DNA of 64,000 nucleotides from Eledone cirrhosa (Eukaryota). The DNA is taken from positions 11,036,001 through 11,100,000 of the forward strand of contig OZ024752.1 in NCBI GenBank assembly GCA_964016885.1, read 5' to 3'. This document shows positions 12,834 to 25,254 of this stretch, piece by piece (position 1 is the first letter of the stretch; every line of letters starts with the position of its first letter). A program made the position numbers and the translations under genes. The notes beneath the pieces are model-generated. The model saw only the letters and a list, made by a program, of their open reading frames with translations. It was not told the DNA's origin and did no database searches.

Positions 12834-13783
12834 GGGGAAAATCCGAACTACAGGAGATCTAGAGGTAGAAACCAAGCAGAATAGTTGTATAATATGCATG
12901 AGCTTGTCTGGTCTCGCTTGGGGATCCAGCCATATCATTTGGAGATGGTTATTTCTGACAGGACCTGCTGAAAGAGTGGAGGGTTGTTTGAGGGCACTGC
13001 CCCACGACCCTCTCAGGTGGGTGAAGAAGAATTTGAAGAAGGTTTACAAAGCTATTTCATTCATAAAAATTGTATAGGCATTTTTGTCTAGGAAACTTTG
13101 GAGGAATTCATGTCATTCAAAATTCGCCGAAATATTTAAACTACATTTTTGTAAGAAAGTGTAATTAGACGGAGTGACGTCTAGTGTTGTCATCTTAGTT
13201 TTAAAGAGAAGTTTAACTCACTGCTACACTCTATATTGAATGAACTTAAATTTATTGCAATTACGTCCCTTTCTTCCACACTCCTTTCTACCAGAGTTAA
13301 TAACTTTGATCCTAGTTACTGTCATAAATAAAACTATAAATCTATTCAAAATGTCTAAGCTACTTTATTACTCTATTACTCATGTTATATATTTACCCTT
13401 ACATTATCCCAATAATTTATCCATCAGATAAACATCACGAAATAATTAAACCCGAATTGATTGAAACTTACATATTTACTCTTTGAAGAACTATGTCTAG
13501 AAGAAGCAGCGTATCAAACTATTTCTATAATCTAGATCAAATATTCTCATCATACTGTCATAAAACTACATTATTATCAATTTCCATTTCTATATAAAGC
13601 TCTGAGTTAGAACTTAATATCATCTAAGGCATTAGTCGCGAATCGAACTCACAACTTCACGATTGTAAGCCTGACGCTCTAACAAATGAGCCTTCAACTA
13701 TATATATCATATATATATATATATATATATAAATTAATAAAATAATGAATAAACAAAGAAACAGTTCCTTATATTAAAAAAAT

Positions 13784-13925
13784 TCATCATTTTACGATCG
13801 TTTCTAGGATATATATGTGTTAGAGTTGGTATGCATATTCTATAGATCTATGTACAATATTTATACAAACTATCAGAGGGAATATACATACCTATACATA
13901 TATATTCTGTCTTCAGAAATAATGA
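13784..13925 (-). ncRNA. Type I hammerhead ribozyme with about 105-nt stem II
   Basis: tcattattt CTGAAGA cagaatatatatgt...acatatatatccta GAAA C-GATC-G TA aaatgatga; 9-bp stem I, about 13-bp base of stem II. Confidence 0.75.
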
Positions 13926-14754
13926 TATTTGTTTATTGAAAAAAAACAAAGATTCAATACAATAGGTCTGTTTGGGAACAGGTTTTGAATTGACCAATAG
14001 AGAGATAGTGAGGGTCAAGATAGTAATATAGTAGTAGAAGAACCTTAAATTATGGGTAGAGGAAGGTAGATTTCAGTTTTGGATGGAAAAGAATATTATG
14101 AATGAAGGATTATTTTAGGGAAGAAATAGGTCTTATGCTGACCTCAGAAATAATTTTATTTGTTCATTTATGAGATGAACTCCACCAGGTTTTAAAATGC
14201 CCCAGAAACGCCATATATTAATATGGTAGTCTGACGACATTCTCGCGAGATACGTGTCCATACATACCTGCACACATACATACATAAAGGTTCTTACATT
14301 TAATAAGAATAACAAGTTTCTTCAGAAAAATCGATGAATTTGTATCTAATTACACTTAAAACAGAGGACATTTCCCAGACTGTGCATGTGTTAATCGCCA
14401 ATACTTTGGATGTATTAAACTCTAAGATCAAAATAAAGATTTAGGAATTACTAATGACTGCTGCACACATTCAAAAAGAAATATTTTCTCCAATACCATC
14501 AACATCAATAATTAATTATTTTCAATCGCGATTAATTTATACCACAACTCGCCATCAACAGCTACTTAAATATTTACTTACATTCTCAAACTAAATTCCA
14601 TCGTTTAAACCAGAGGTTCTCAAAATGTGGGGGACAGTAATACACTCAGCGCCCACCCCTATTTCCAGAGAGACCTACCTACCTACACGTAAATTGTAAA
14701 CAATATACAATAAATAAAATCGTTAATTTATATATAATAAATAATATAATATAT

Positions 14755-15505
14755 ACGGAAAAAATGAAACGAAATATCATTTCCCACTCTTAATACGGCT
14801 GTTACTTAAATATAAGTATGTACACGTACATACATATATGTATACAGACGTACAGTAGTATGTATATATATATACATACATGTACACATATATATATGTA
14901 CGTATGGATTCACCGAACATTTATTATAATGTTGAACAAACGAGCAACGATGGTTGCTGGACACTACGGCTTAATACGGGATGTTTGTTTACAAACACAC
15001 CGAACATTATAATAAATATTTGGTAAATCCATACGTACATATATATATGTGTGCATGTATGTATATATATATACATACTACTGTACGTCTGTATACATAT
15101 ATGTATGTACGTGTAATACTTATATTTAAGTAACAGCCGTACTAAGAGTGGGAAATGAAATTTCGTTTCATTTTTTTCCGTTTATCGTTTTCGGTGCACC
15201 CGGCCGATTAACCCACTCGATATGCAAATTGGGCTACTCAGCCGTTAATATGCATAAGGTAAGTATATATGTTCAACAATCTGGCAGGAAGGTATACGTT
15301 GCTGACGATAGCTAATAAGCTTGAACAGCGAATGCTGGGCACTACGGCTTAATACGGGATGTTTGTTTACAAACACACCGAGCATTATAATAAATGTTCG
15401 GTGAATCCATACGTACATATATATATATGTGTACATGTATGTATATATATATATACATATTAATGTACGTCTGTATACATATATGTATGTACGTGTACAT
15501 ACTTA
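14755..15505. repeat. Inverted plus direct duplication (fold-back element)
   Basis: 14755-14932 is the reverse complement of 15003-15181; 14932-15115 is directly repeated at about 15322-15500. Confidence 0.85.
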
Positions 15506-16204
15506 AATATAATATATACTATGTATAAATAAATATATATATTTTTGTTTAGTATATTCATCATTTGATAATTAATATAGGGTTAAATCATCTCTAACGC
15601 ACCCTTCGGTCCCAGCACACCCTGGACCTTCCAACGTCCTACCCTCACCCGGAGACGGCGGCAGTAACGCCAATTTGAGAATATCTGCTTTAGAAAATTG
15701 CCTCAATTTTTTTAACATGTATTTCACATTAAACAACATTTTTATAAGTACATACAAATACGCTACCATTAGCTTATACATCACCCGAACAAATATTTCG
15801 TGCCTTTAAATATTATGTTAGTAAATCTACAAAACATAAAATTCATCCAACAACAGCTACTTTCTTCTGTCTGTCTCTCGAAAACAACAGTCTGTACATA
15901 ATATATTGTGACGCAACCTCAATAATCGGAATTTGCATTGCTTATTTATATAGATTCATTTCTTTCAAAGATGATAAATATTTTATAATACTTCATGTTT
16001 ATTCATTTTACCTCTTTCTAACAATGACTTGACGTATTACTCACAAATGCGATCAGAATATATTTGCTGTCTGTGTAAAACCCATTCATATATACACACA
16101 TACAACCACACACACACACACACTATATATATATATATATATAAAGAAAATGTTCGCTCTACATGGCTGATTACAATAAATGTAATCTGAGTTTTTCGAA
16201 TATT

Positions 16205-17406
16205 AATAATTGTTTCTACTTTGGGCACGAGGCCAGCAATTACCCCAGTGTATTACGGGTACTTTATTTTATCGACCCCGCAAGGATGAAACGCAAAGTT
16301 AACCTCGGCGGGATTTGAACTCAGAATATTAATAATTGTTTCTACTTTAGACACAAGGCCAGCAATTTACCAGTGCATTACTGGTACTTTATTTTATCGA
16401 CTCCGTAAGGATGAAAGGCAAAGTCAACCTCGGCGGGATTTGAACTCAGATCGTAAAGGGACGTAATTATGCTGGAAAGCATGGCGTCCGACCCTCTACC
16501 GATACTGCCAATACACTCAGAATATTAATAATAACGTTCGATTCGTTTGCAATTATGTAATTATAGCCAAGTCAGAAGAATGAACTCTTCATTTTTGCTC
16601 TTGTATTGGCATGTAAACAGAACTGCAGACACTAATATTTCTGGGTATCACCCTTCATCAGTACAGTTCACTGTTCACATGCCAAATGTCAAAGCTAGTG
16701 AAAATGTATGCTTTTTTCTAAAATATACAGTGACTGATCGGCCTGATTTGCATATTAGCAGTGTATATATATATATATATATATTTATTTATTTATTTAT
16801 TCAGAAGAGATTATTTTGGTAAAAACAGGAGCAGAAGAGAGTTCTCAACACTGGCAGTGTATAGTTACGAGGGACATTCAGTATAAGAATTGTTTCTGCT
16901 TTTGGCACAAGGCCACTAATTATTCCAGTGCATTACTGGTAGTTTATTTCATCGACCCAGTAAGGATGAAATGCAAAGTTAACCTCAAACCATAAAGTGT
17001 CGTAGCTCTTTGCTGCAAAGCATGACGTCTGACCCTCTACCGATACTGCCAATTCACCAAAGATACTGATGTTACATAAATCGTTTCTTGATTACAATTA
17101 TGTCTGTATTCCCTGCCGGCGGCATATCACCAAATCGAATTTCATCTGAGGATACCGTTCTCATAACAACAACAAATACATGAATTACATCTTGATTGCA
17201 TGGGAGAACAGTTGAAATAATTATAATTGTTTCTACTTTTGGCACAAGGCCAGAAAATACCCAGTACATTACTGGTACTTTATTTTATCGACCCCGTAGG
17301 AATGACAGGCAAAGTTAACCTCAGCGGGATTTGAACTCAGATCGTAAAGGGACGTAACTACGCTGGAAAGCATGTCTGACCTTCTACCGATACTGCCAAT
17401 TCACCG
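16205..17406 (-). mobile_element. Cluster of family A SINEs (about 16205-16325, 16330-16512, 16887-17056, 17224-17406)
   Basis: Repeated TGTTTCTACTTT.GGCACAAGGCC...TTTATCGACCCC...AACCTCGGCGGGATTTGAACTCAG...CGATACTGCCAAT. Confidence 0.85.
16620..16669 (-). ncRNA. Type I hammerhead ribozyme
   Basis: gaactgta CTGATGA agggt-gat-accca GAAA t-attagt-g TC tgcagttc; 8-bp stem I, GUC triplet. Confidence 0.75.
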
Positions 17407-17521
17407 AAACGATTTATGTAACATCAGCATCTTTATTAATGTCACACACACACAGAGAGAGATAGATAGAGAGGGAGAGAGATAGATATAGAGGGAGAGA
17501 GAGAGATCATCAGGAAGATGC

Positions 17522-17560
17522 CTGATGATTTCTCACGAATGAAACAGTTCTAGTCCTGTA
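17522..17560 (+). ncRNA. Hammerhead core lacking the 5' stem I strand, in a PLE pseudo-LTR fragment
   Basis: CTGATGA tttc-tcac-gaat GAAA C-agttcta-G TC; preceded by the small fold-back ATCATCAGG..CCTGATGAT. Confidence 0.45.
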
Positions 17561-17649
17561 GAAGCTCTTCTATATTAAAACATTTATACTCTGCTATGTA
17601 TTGAGCACCTTACCTACTGTGGTTACCCACGATTCAACCCGGATGAACT

Positions 17650-17684
<35 letters not shown>

Positions 17685-18422
17685 TAAAATAACAGATGTT
17701 CGTCTTCACATTTATTATTATCACTATATATAAAGTGTTTTTTTTTACAAAATTAAAAATAACCGAGGTGTCCTATACAAGTGAAAGTATAAGGAAAAAA
17801 GATGAAATCGAAAATGCAATTGGAGTCTTTTTTTTAAACAACCTGACCCCCTCCCCCTTTTGTTTGAAGACAAATATACTAAGAACTTTGTAACGCGAAT
17901 TGGCGCGAAATTTATTATACTTATTCACCAACCAAATTACATCTCTAAAAGCCTGGCATTTTGAGCCACTTTTTTTCCATATAAAACAGAAGTAACATTC
18001 AAAGACCAACCAGATGTGAGAAAAACCACAAACCCTCCATCTCAATTCTACTTTTGAAAAACACAAGAACTGCGAAACCGGTAAAGGAACCAAATAAATA
18101 TATATTTAAAAAAAAAAATACTTCAGTTGCATTTTCGATTTCATATTTTTTCCATATATATATATATATATATATATAACAACTATTCTTAAGAGTCGAG
18201 AGCCGACAGTTGAAGTCTTGCCGTTTCAACAAGTTCCAGTCAGGAACTCCCATAAAATAATCATACTCGAAGTATCGACAACTCTGTTGAGAAATGATGT
18301 AACCTGTTTCAAACTGAACCTATCCTGATTTGTACACACACACACACACACACAGTATATATATATATATATACGCAACCATGTTAAATTGATTACGCAA
18401 TATATATCGTGTGCACTTGCAG

Positions 18423-18489
18423 CGTGTGAACGCAGGTTCGCAAATTTTGGCTGTACACTAGATGGTGGATCAGAAACCGTCATGCACCA
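18423..18489 (+). CDS. Candidate internal exon A of an unidentified host gene (xCERRFANFGCTLDGGSETVMH-Q)
   Basis: TTGCAG acceptor, GTAGGA donor, 67 nt, phase 1 to phase 2, compatible with exon at 30861. Confidence 0.5.
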
Positions 18490-18916
18490 GTAGGACACCA
18501 CTTCATTTCTTATTCATATTCGTTTGTGTTATCTATTATAATTGGAATACATTTGGTCAAACGTTTGTTCTTGGTGTTTCCTTCTAATATCTTAATTGAG
18601 TCCACTCTGATGCTAAGAATTTATTTCTTGCATCATCGATTTTATGGGGATTACCTCATATAATTAAACTTGTGTTGCTTTTGTGCAAATGCGACTCCAC
18701 TGGAATAATATAGATGTATGAAAATTGAATTAGAGAATTGGCATCAGGGCGCATGTGGGCTGACGTTCTTTGGACTTATACACTGAGATATTAAGAGACT
18801 ATTTATGTAAATTTATATAAATCTACAGCAAAATCTAATAGAGTTTTCAAATTCCACTCACCGATTTCTAAGCAAGTGTGCTTTCATTTGTTATATATAT
18901 ATATATATATATATGC

Positions 18917-19090
18917 AAAAGTATGACCCCGACGGCAGAGCTCAATCCGTTTCGACGGCTATTTCGGTCCAGAAATAGCCGTCGAAACGGCTTGAGCTCT
19001 GCCGTCGGGCTCATACTTTTTTCCTATTACCCTAAGTATTGAGTACTCTGGTGCGTTATTGTCCATGTGGTTCCTCACCACAACTCCTTC
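18917..19090 (+). mobile_element. PLE pseudo-LTR fragment with about 50-bp-arm palindrome containing the 3' half of a hammerhead
   Basis: 18917-18965 inverted at 18972-19020; GAAA CGGC-ttgagctct-GCCG TC; same family at 44150-44265. Confidence 0.7.
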
Positions 19091-19158
19091 ATTATATATA
19101 TATATATATATAAAACGATATCGTTTTCATATAACTATATATATCAAAAAGATATTGT

Positions 19159-19212
<54 letters not shown>

Positions 19213-19277
19213 AAGATATCGTTTTTTTACAAAAACCATATAAAAAATAAGAAACGTTTGTGCTATTTATATATAAA

Positions 19278-19785
19278 TATACTTGGGGAGGGTCATATTG
19301 TTGTAATAATATTGCCAGAAATAACAACAGAACACACTCACTGTTTGGTTGGTTTTCGCTTCTGTATCTTTTATATCTCCACAATTAATTCATTTGGTCC
19401 TCAATGTTTATCATTGACTGACCAACGGTCAAAAATACAGATATAAACACATATATATAGTCTAACAAAGTGCTTTGGTCGCACATCTGCAACATCATCA
19501 GTGGTACTATTATCATATTTCCCCTACTGTATTGTATATATTGTATTGTACACGCCATTTTTATTTTATCTATTTATTTATTTATTTATTTTTGTCTTCG
19601 TCTCTGCGGATGCCAAATTAATTAACTATGGAGATATAAAAGATAGAGAAGCGAAAACCAGCCAAACAGTGAGTGTGTTCTGTTATTATTTCTGGCAATA
19701 TTATGACAACAATATGACCTTCCCCAAGTATAACAATATTGGTTTTGACACACGATTTCATATAAAAAAGCTTGCAAAACAAATA
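19278..19785. repeat. Inverted pair of a repeat family also present at about 50-245
   Basis: 19278-19397 is the reverse complement of about 19613-19731. Confidence 0.75.
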
Positions 19786-19814
19786 TATATAAATATATAT
19801 TATATATATTCATT

Positions 19815-19853
<39 letters not shown>

Positions 19854-20213
19854 CACGTTTTCATCTTGTCCATCGTCACCCGGATTCCTCCATCCACAAA
19901 CACACCAACACAGGAACATAGATATGCCTAGACATGTACACCATCCCCACAACTACACACATCAGTACACTAACCCATAACAACCATATATATATACCAC
20001 TCACGCGTCTCTACTCACTTTTGACAAACCTTCACACACACTTATTTTAAGACAAACATACACACACTCATCAACCAATGCCATCACCCTACGCTAGACC
20101 AATTATCCGTACCCCCTTTAATTTTATTTTTATCATTATATTGTATTTTTTCCCTGTAAATTCCCTCCTTAAAACCTTCCCTCTCGGAGTTCCTGTTATA
20201 TATATAATACGTC

Positions 20214-20419
20214 GTTATACTTTGGGAGGGCCATGCTGCCAATAAAACCCACGCACCTTGATTTCACTTCAATTTTTCATATATTTTCAGTTGGTTGGTT
20301 CGATAACCTGAAGGTTGTTTATGTATTGTCAAACCAACCGGAAATTTATAATAAATTGAAGTGAAAACTTACAGGTGTGTGTGTGTTTAATTGGCAACAT
20401 GACCCACCCAAAGTATAAC
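20214..20419. mobile_element. Imperfect 200-bp palindrome (MITE or fold-back element)
   Basis: GTTATACTTTGGGAGGGCCATGCTGCCAAT ... ATTGGCAACATGACCCACCCAAAGTATAAC, with inner arms TTTCACTTCAATTT/AAATTGAAGTGAAA and GTTGGTT/AACCAAC. Confidence 0.75.
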
Positions 20420-20469
20420 AATATCTGTTTCAGCATACCTTTTCGGATAAGAAATCTCGAAAAACAAAT

Positions 20470-20501
<32 letters not shown>

Positions 20502-20599
20502 TGTATGTATGTATGTATGTATGTATGTATGTATGTATGTATGTATGTATGTATGTATGTATGTATGTATGTATGTGTGCGCGCGCGTGCGTGCGTGCG

Positions 20600-21290
20600 T
20601 ATGGCTACAAGGTAGCAACGGCTTTTTGGTAACCACATCTTAATCTGACACTCATTCCTTCCTACAAATGTAACATGGATGCATATTTCCGAACTTTGGT
20701 AACAGCTGCATCTCTTTAGACTTCATTAATATGCTGGTGAGAGTTCTGTGTAATATGGCTGCTTCCGACATATAAAATGACAACGCAGATTCCATCTGTT
20801 CTAGAAGCCATACCCAGATTTAATTTCCTTATTGTCGATGAAATCTCATTTATTGCGCTTGCATTATCCAACAGGTCCTTATTAATTACAATCAAATACT
20901 GCATCATCCATAATATTCTTATACTCTAGCATTTCTCTACTGATTTGATGAATAGTATTGAGCCATACTTATAAAGCAAGGGATTATCTATTCTTCGGTG
21001 TAGTGTATTCCAATGTTTCATCAGCACATTAAAAGACTCGTTCTCGAAACTCTCTGCGTGTTGCCGTATTTCATCCAACCCTAGACAACCTCAGTTCAAA
21101 TTCGGGTTCCTCGTTCCAAGATTTGATTCAGCCAGATAGTAACAACAATTAGAAAACATCTGGAAAATATTTTTGGATTGAAACCATACTGTACTGTTTG
21201 TTCGTGTTGTTTTTTTCCATTTCCACTCGTTTAATAACATTTAATTTATCACTGTTTCAACGCAGCAACTGTATTCTCTCATCTCTCTGA
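20600..21290 (-). pseudogene. Decayed LINE (RTE-like) ORF fragment, start of the RT domain
   Basis: AINEISSTIRKLNLGMASRTDGICVVILYVG resembles the PTxxEVxxAIKKLKNGKAPGPDGIPAEILK motif. Confidence 0.65.
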
Positions 21291-22420
21291 CGTGCGTTAA
21301 ACTAATACATATATATTATATATGTGTGTGTATATGTATGTGTATATGTATGTGTGTATGTGTATGTGTGTGTGTGTATGTGTATATATGTGTGCGTGTG
21401 TATGTGTGTATATATGTGTGCGTGTGTATGTGTATATATGTGTGTGTGTGTATGTATTGTGTGTATGTGTGTGTGTAAGTGTGTGTGTGTGTGTGTGTGT
21501 GAGTGTGTGAGTGTGTATGTGTGTGTGTAAGTGTGTGTGTGAGTGTGTAAGAGTGTGTGTGAGTGTGTGAGTGTTTCTGTATAAATATACATATTTCCCT
21601 ATCCATCTGTATGTGTGCGCACGAGTGATTGTTATGAGTGGTGAAGTAATTTATTACCGTTAATGTTGACAAGTCTAATCCTGTTTCGCTGTTCCAGCTC
21701 TTAAGAACATTTGTTGAGAAAATGAAATATACGTTATATATGTTAATTAAGTCAATTATAATATAGTTGGATATAAAGAATAAGATGACATAGCAATGGT
21801 GATATACATTTGGAATAATTAATAGTGGAAGAAGTTCTTAATGATTGAATTAAAATTGAAACATGCCAAAAGAGATAATTCAAGATTACATTTAAAGGAA
21901 AAACTGTGTTCGCTGTGAGCATCTGTTCATAGCTGCTTGTGCAACGAATGAATTAAAATGAAAAATTACTTCAAACTGAATGAATAATGTTTCTTAAACG
22001 CTTAAAGTATATTATTTTCTAAAGATGAGAAACAAAGAAATAGGCAAAATTAAGCAATGAGAAAATGGGGGGAGGGTATGGAAGGGCAGATCTGGCTGTA
22101 TGGGAAAGTAGAGCAAGGGACAATGAAAGCCATAAATGAGTGGAAACGGATAGGAAAACGCAAGGGCTCTGAGACTAAAGAAAAAAAGGGGGAGAAATGG
22201 GCTCAGGTTCTAGGGCGCGCTACACCAGTGAAACCAGCTGCAACAGCCATCCCACCTCGCGGGGCTCCGTTCTCGTGTGGGCTGCTGGTTTAAATTAATC
22301 AGTTTATATGACAACCACAATGACTAGTTAGTGTAAGCGCATTTAACAAGGGAGTAGTTGAGAGTATTTGCGTTACTGTTCTGTGTAGTTTGAGCTCGAA
22401 TCATCTCAATGTCAAATTTG

Positions 22421-22460
<40 letters not shown>

Positions 22461-22553
22461 GTAGAACTCTGAAAGGTAATATCCGTAGTGGTAGAGCACT
22501 CAGTCCATGGCACGAGTTAGTTAGAAGTGGTTACACAACAGTTAGTTCACCAT

Positions 22554-22594
22554 ACGGAGAACAATTGTTTCACCTTAGCGGATCCTCAGCTCGT
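22554..22594 (-). ncRNA. Minimal type I hammerhead ribozyme
   Basis: acgag CTGAGGA tcc-gctaa-ggt GAAA C-AATT-G TT ctccgt. Confidence 0.7.
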
Positions 22595-22763
22595 AATGGC
22601 TGCTGCAGCTGGTGTAACTGGAGTACCACGTCCTAGAACCCGAGCCCATTTCTCCCCCTTTTTTTCTGTAGTCCCAGAGCCCTTGTGTTTCCTGTCCTTT
22701 TCCACTCATTCTTATTCTTTATCCAACTATATTATAATTGACTTAACATATATAACGAGCATT

Positions 22764-22804
22764 ACGAGCTGAGGATCCGCTAAGGTGAGACAATTGTTCT
22801 CAGT
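22764..22804 (+). ncRNA. Inverted copy of the minimal hammerhead (GAAA to GAGA)
   Basis: acgag CTGAGGA tcc-gctaa-ggt GAGA C-AATT-G TT ctc. Confidence 0.55.
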
Positions 22805-22866
22805 ATGGTGAACTAACTGTTGTATAACCACTTCTATGTATGTATGTATGTATGTATGTATGTATG

Positions 22867-23466
22867 TCAGGTCACCAGTTGGTGCTACTAGTAACATGTA
22901 TTCCAGTACAACCTGTCCCATGGTCGGGTCGTTGGCGACTAAACTGGCAACCCCACCAAGGTTTCTTGGTGAGGAGAGTGACTTAGGACATCCTGCAGGA
23001 CTAAAAACAAAACCTGTCAAAGGGCAAAGGAGCTCTTAAGAGTCAATGGCCATCCAAAATCACGGGGAGAGATGACCCCTTAGCCTTTGTCAAGGCGGAA
23101 TTCTAGGAGAAGGAAAACTCTTATATAACACCTGCAAACCTGATGGTATCCAATGATGTTGACTTGTTCTTCTTTTTGGTAAATATCATGTTGGTTAAGA
23201 GAGTAGGACTGGCTTTGTGCAGTGCCTTAGCTCACTATAGAAGCTTCACGGCACAGGCATTGCTTTATATCTGCAGATCTCTGCACTTGTCACATGGTAC
23301 CATGGGCCCAGCACTATGTGTCAATAATTGTCACAAGTGTAGTGTTTGTACCAGAGTTTTCAAGTCGCTGGCTGGACTAAAATGTCACACTCGTTCAGCG
23401 CATCGGTAAGGGTTCTCCTACATGGATATATAGTGGCCGTACTCGAAAACGAGTTGGCAGCCACCA
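22867..23466 (+). mobile_element. About 600-bp RTE-derived non-autonomous retroelement inserted in (ATGT)n
   Basis: Flanked by (ATGT)n; ends with a C2H2 finger remnant CSVCTRVFKSLAGLKCHTRSAH; partial copies at 11338-11532 and 40912-41285. Confidence 0.7.
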
Positions 23467-23848
23467 TGTATGTATGTATGTATGTTCTTCTGGTTTTATA
23501 ATTTCACAAAGTTTTACCAATAGAGAGAAAGTCATTTTCTAACAGACCCAAGACTCTCTCATTGGAATTACACAACATCAACTAGGTAGATATGTATGTA
23601 TGCATGTGTAGATATGGATGTCATTCTATGTCTGAATGTGGATGTTTTGAGTTATATGTGTGCATGTGTAGAAGCTTTGTATCTGTACATGTGTATATGC
23701 AGTTATTAGATGCAACATTTTTGGAATGTTTTACATATTTTTACTGTTCCATTAATGGATTGTACTTGTAATTTCCTAACTAGATGTGTTCTTTCTGTTC
23801 CTGTGAAGCCTAGCTTCTCAAGGAACGTGAGTGCGTGCGTGTGTGTGT

Positions 23849-24105
23849 CTTAGTGGTTAGAGCAATAGGCTTGCAATCGAAAGGTTGTGAGTTCAATTCT
23901 CGGACCGGGTGATGTGTTGTTTCTTTGAGCAAGACACTTTATTTCACGTTGCTCCAGTTTACTCAGCTGAAAATGAGTACCAGCAATAGCTGGAGGTTTA
24001 CCCCTGCGATGGACTAGCTCCCTGTGCTCTCAGTCGCTTCACGCCATGACGCCGGGATAGGCAGCGGCCAAATGAGCCTTCTGGCTTAAGACAGACTTTA
24101 GACTT
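23849..24105 (+). mobile_element. tRNA-derived SINE, family B (CORE-like)
   Basis: TAGTGGTTAGAGC head, GTTCAATTC B box, TTGAGCAAGACACTTTATTTCACGTTGCTCCAGT core. Confidence 0.75.
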
Positions 24106-24383
24106 ACGGCCTCCCCGCCCAGCCAGTGGGGTGGCGTCATCGTATGGCTAAAAGAGCACGTGCTGTGACCAGCGGCGCCTGACTGACTGGGTGATCAAGG
24201 TGATATATATATATATAATGTTATTGCATTTATATACTCATATTTTTCATATGCTTCTTCCGCCTTTGCTATCTTTTCTTATATAAATGTTGATACCTAT
24301 GCTTCCTTCCCATATTATAAATCCTCCTAATGTTCTTATGACAAACTTCTGATATTATATTTGTGTTATAACCTTTATTATAT

Positions 24384-24428
24384 ACTCTGATGATACCGGT
24401 CTTGTGTTAGTATGAAACGATCATAGGT
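24384..24428 (+). ncRNA. Degenerate hammerhead upstream of the GIY-YIG ORF
   Basis: act CTGATGA tac...gtat GAAA C-GATC-A TA ggt; one mismatch closing stem III. Confidence 0.55.
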
Positions 24429-24765
24429 CATTAAATGTTTTAAACACTATGATTTTTATTTATAATGTATTTATAATGTATCAGAGTATATAATAAAGGT
24501 TAAAACACACATATAACATGGCAGACTACATGGCCAAACCCAGCGCGGTGAAGTTGGGAAAACTCGACCGTAAAGCGGCGAGCGACTCACGGTCACGCGA
24601 GACATGGAGGGCGCCTGGCAGACAGGGTCTCCAACTATACGCCGATCGTCGCAGCGGCCGCCATGCCCACGGAAGACGATGTAATCGAATGCCGAGTGGA
24701 ACTGAGTGACGGTAGGGGGGGCCACCGCACCGACAGAATAGCACCCAGAGAATCGGAGGAGTGCC

Positions 24766-25254
24766 GTGGTAGACCAAGGGCCCAGCGTTGGAAATGAGCA
24801 ACATAACGACCGAACATGCAACTGGAGAGCTGGCACACAATGCCCGCTGCAGGGAAGATGCCTGACGAAAGGCCTAGTATATAAATGTGTGGTTAACACG
24901 CAAAACACCAAGCGCACCTACATCGGCGCAACATCCACGACCTTTAAATCGAGGATGTATATTCACACAAACTCTTTCAAAGACCGGATCAAGAGACACT
25001 CCACTAGGTTGGCGGACTTAATATGGGACTTGAAAGACAACGGCACCCAGTATGATCTCACCTGGAATATCGTTCAACATGCAAATGGAATTCCGGCTGG
25101 AAACAGGAAGTGTAGGCTATGCCTATCCAGGGCCATGGAGATAGTCAGATTGAAGGATGATGCGGTTAACCTGAAACCGGAGATTATCGTGACGTGCAGA
25201 CACCAGAGAAGGTGCACATTCTCCGCATGGACGCAACCGGACAGCCCAAGCTAA
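24766..25254 (+). CDS. Penelope-like element GIY-YIG endonuclease domain (5' part frameshifted, probably inactive)
   Basis: CNW...CPLQGRCL..GLVYKC........YIGAT..TFKSR...H..SF...T.LADLIWDLK...W.I...CRLCL...N...E..TCRH, matching PLE endonucleases with Cys/His motifs. Confidence 0.85.
   Translation: MVDQGPSVGNEQHNDRTCNWRAGTQCPLQGRCLTKGLVYKCVVNTQNTKRTYIGATSTTFKSRMYIHTNSFKDRIKRHSTRLADLIWDLKDNGTQYDLTWNIVQHANGIPAGNRKCRLCLSRAMEIVRLKDDAVNLKPEIIVTCRHQRRCTFSAWTQPDSPS

Larger units (their letters stand above)
22130..22836. mobile_element. PLE-like fragments in inverted orientations
   Basis: 22130-22250 inverted at 22596-22712; 22522-22597 inverted at 22760-22836. Confidence 0.7.

Noticed and set aside
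18195-18252. Hammerhead-like motif on the minus strand
   Set aside because: Core reads CTGACTG rather than CTGANGA; too degenerate. The same applies to motifs near 11140-11190, 31475-31495 and 41602-41690
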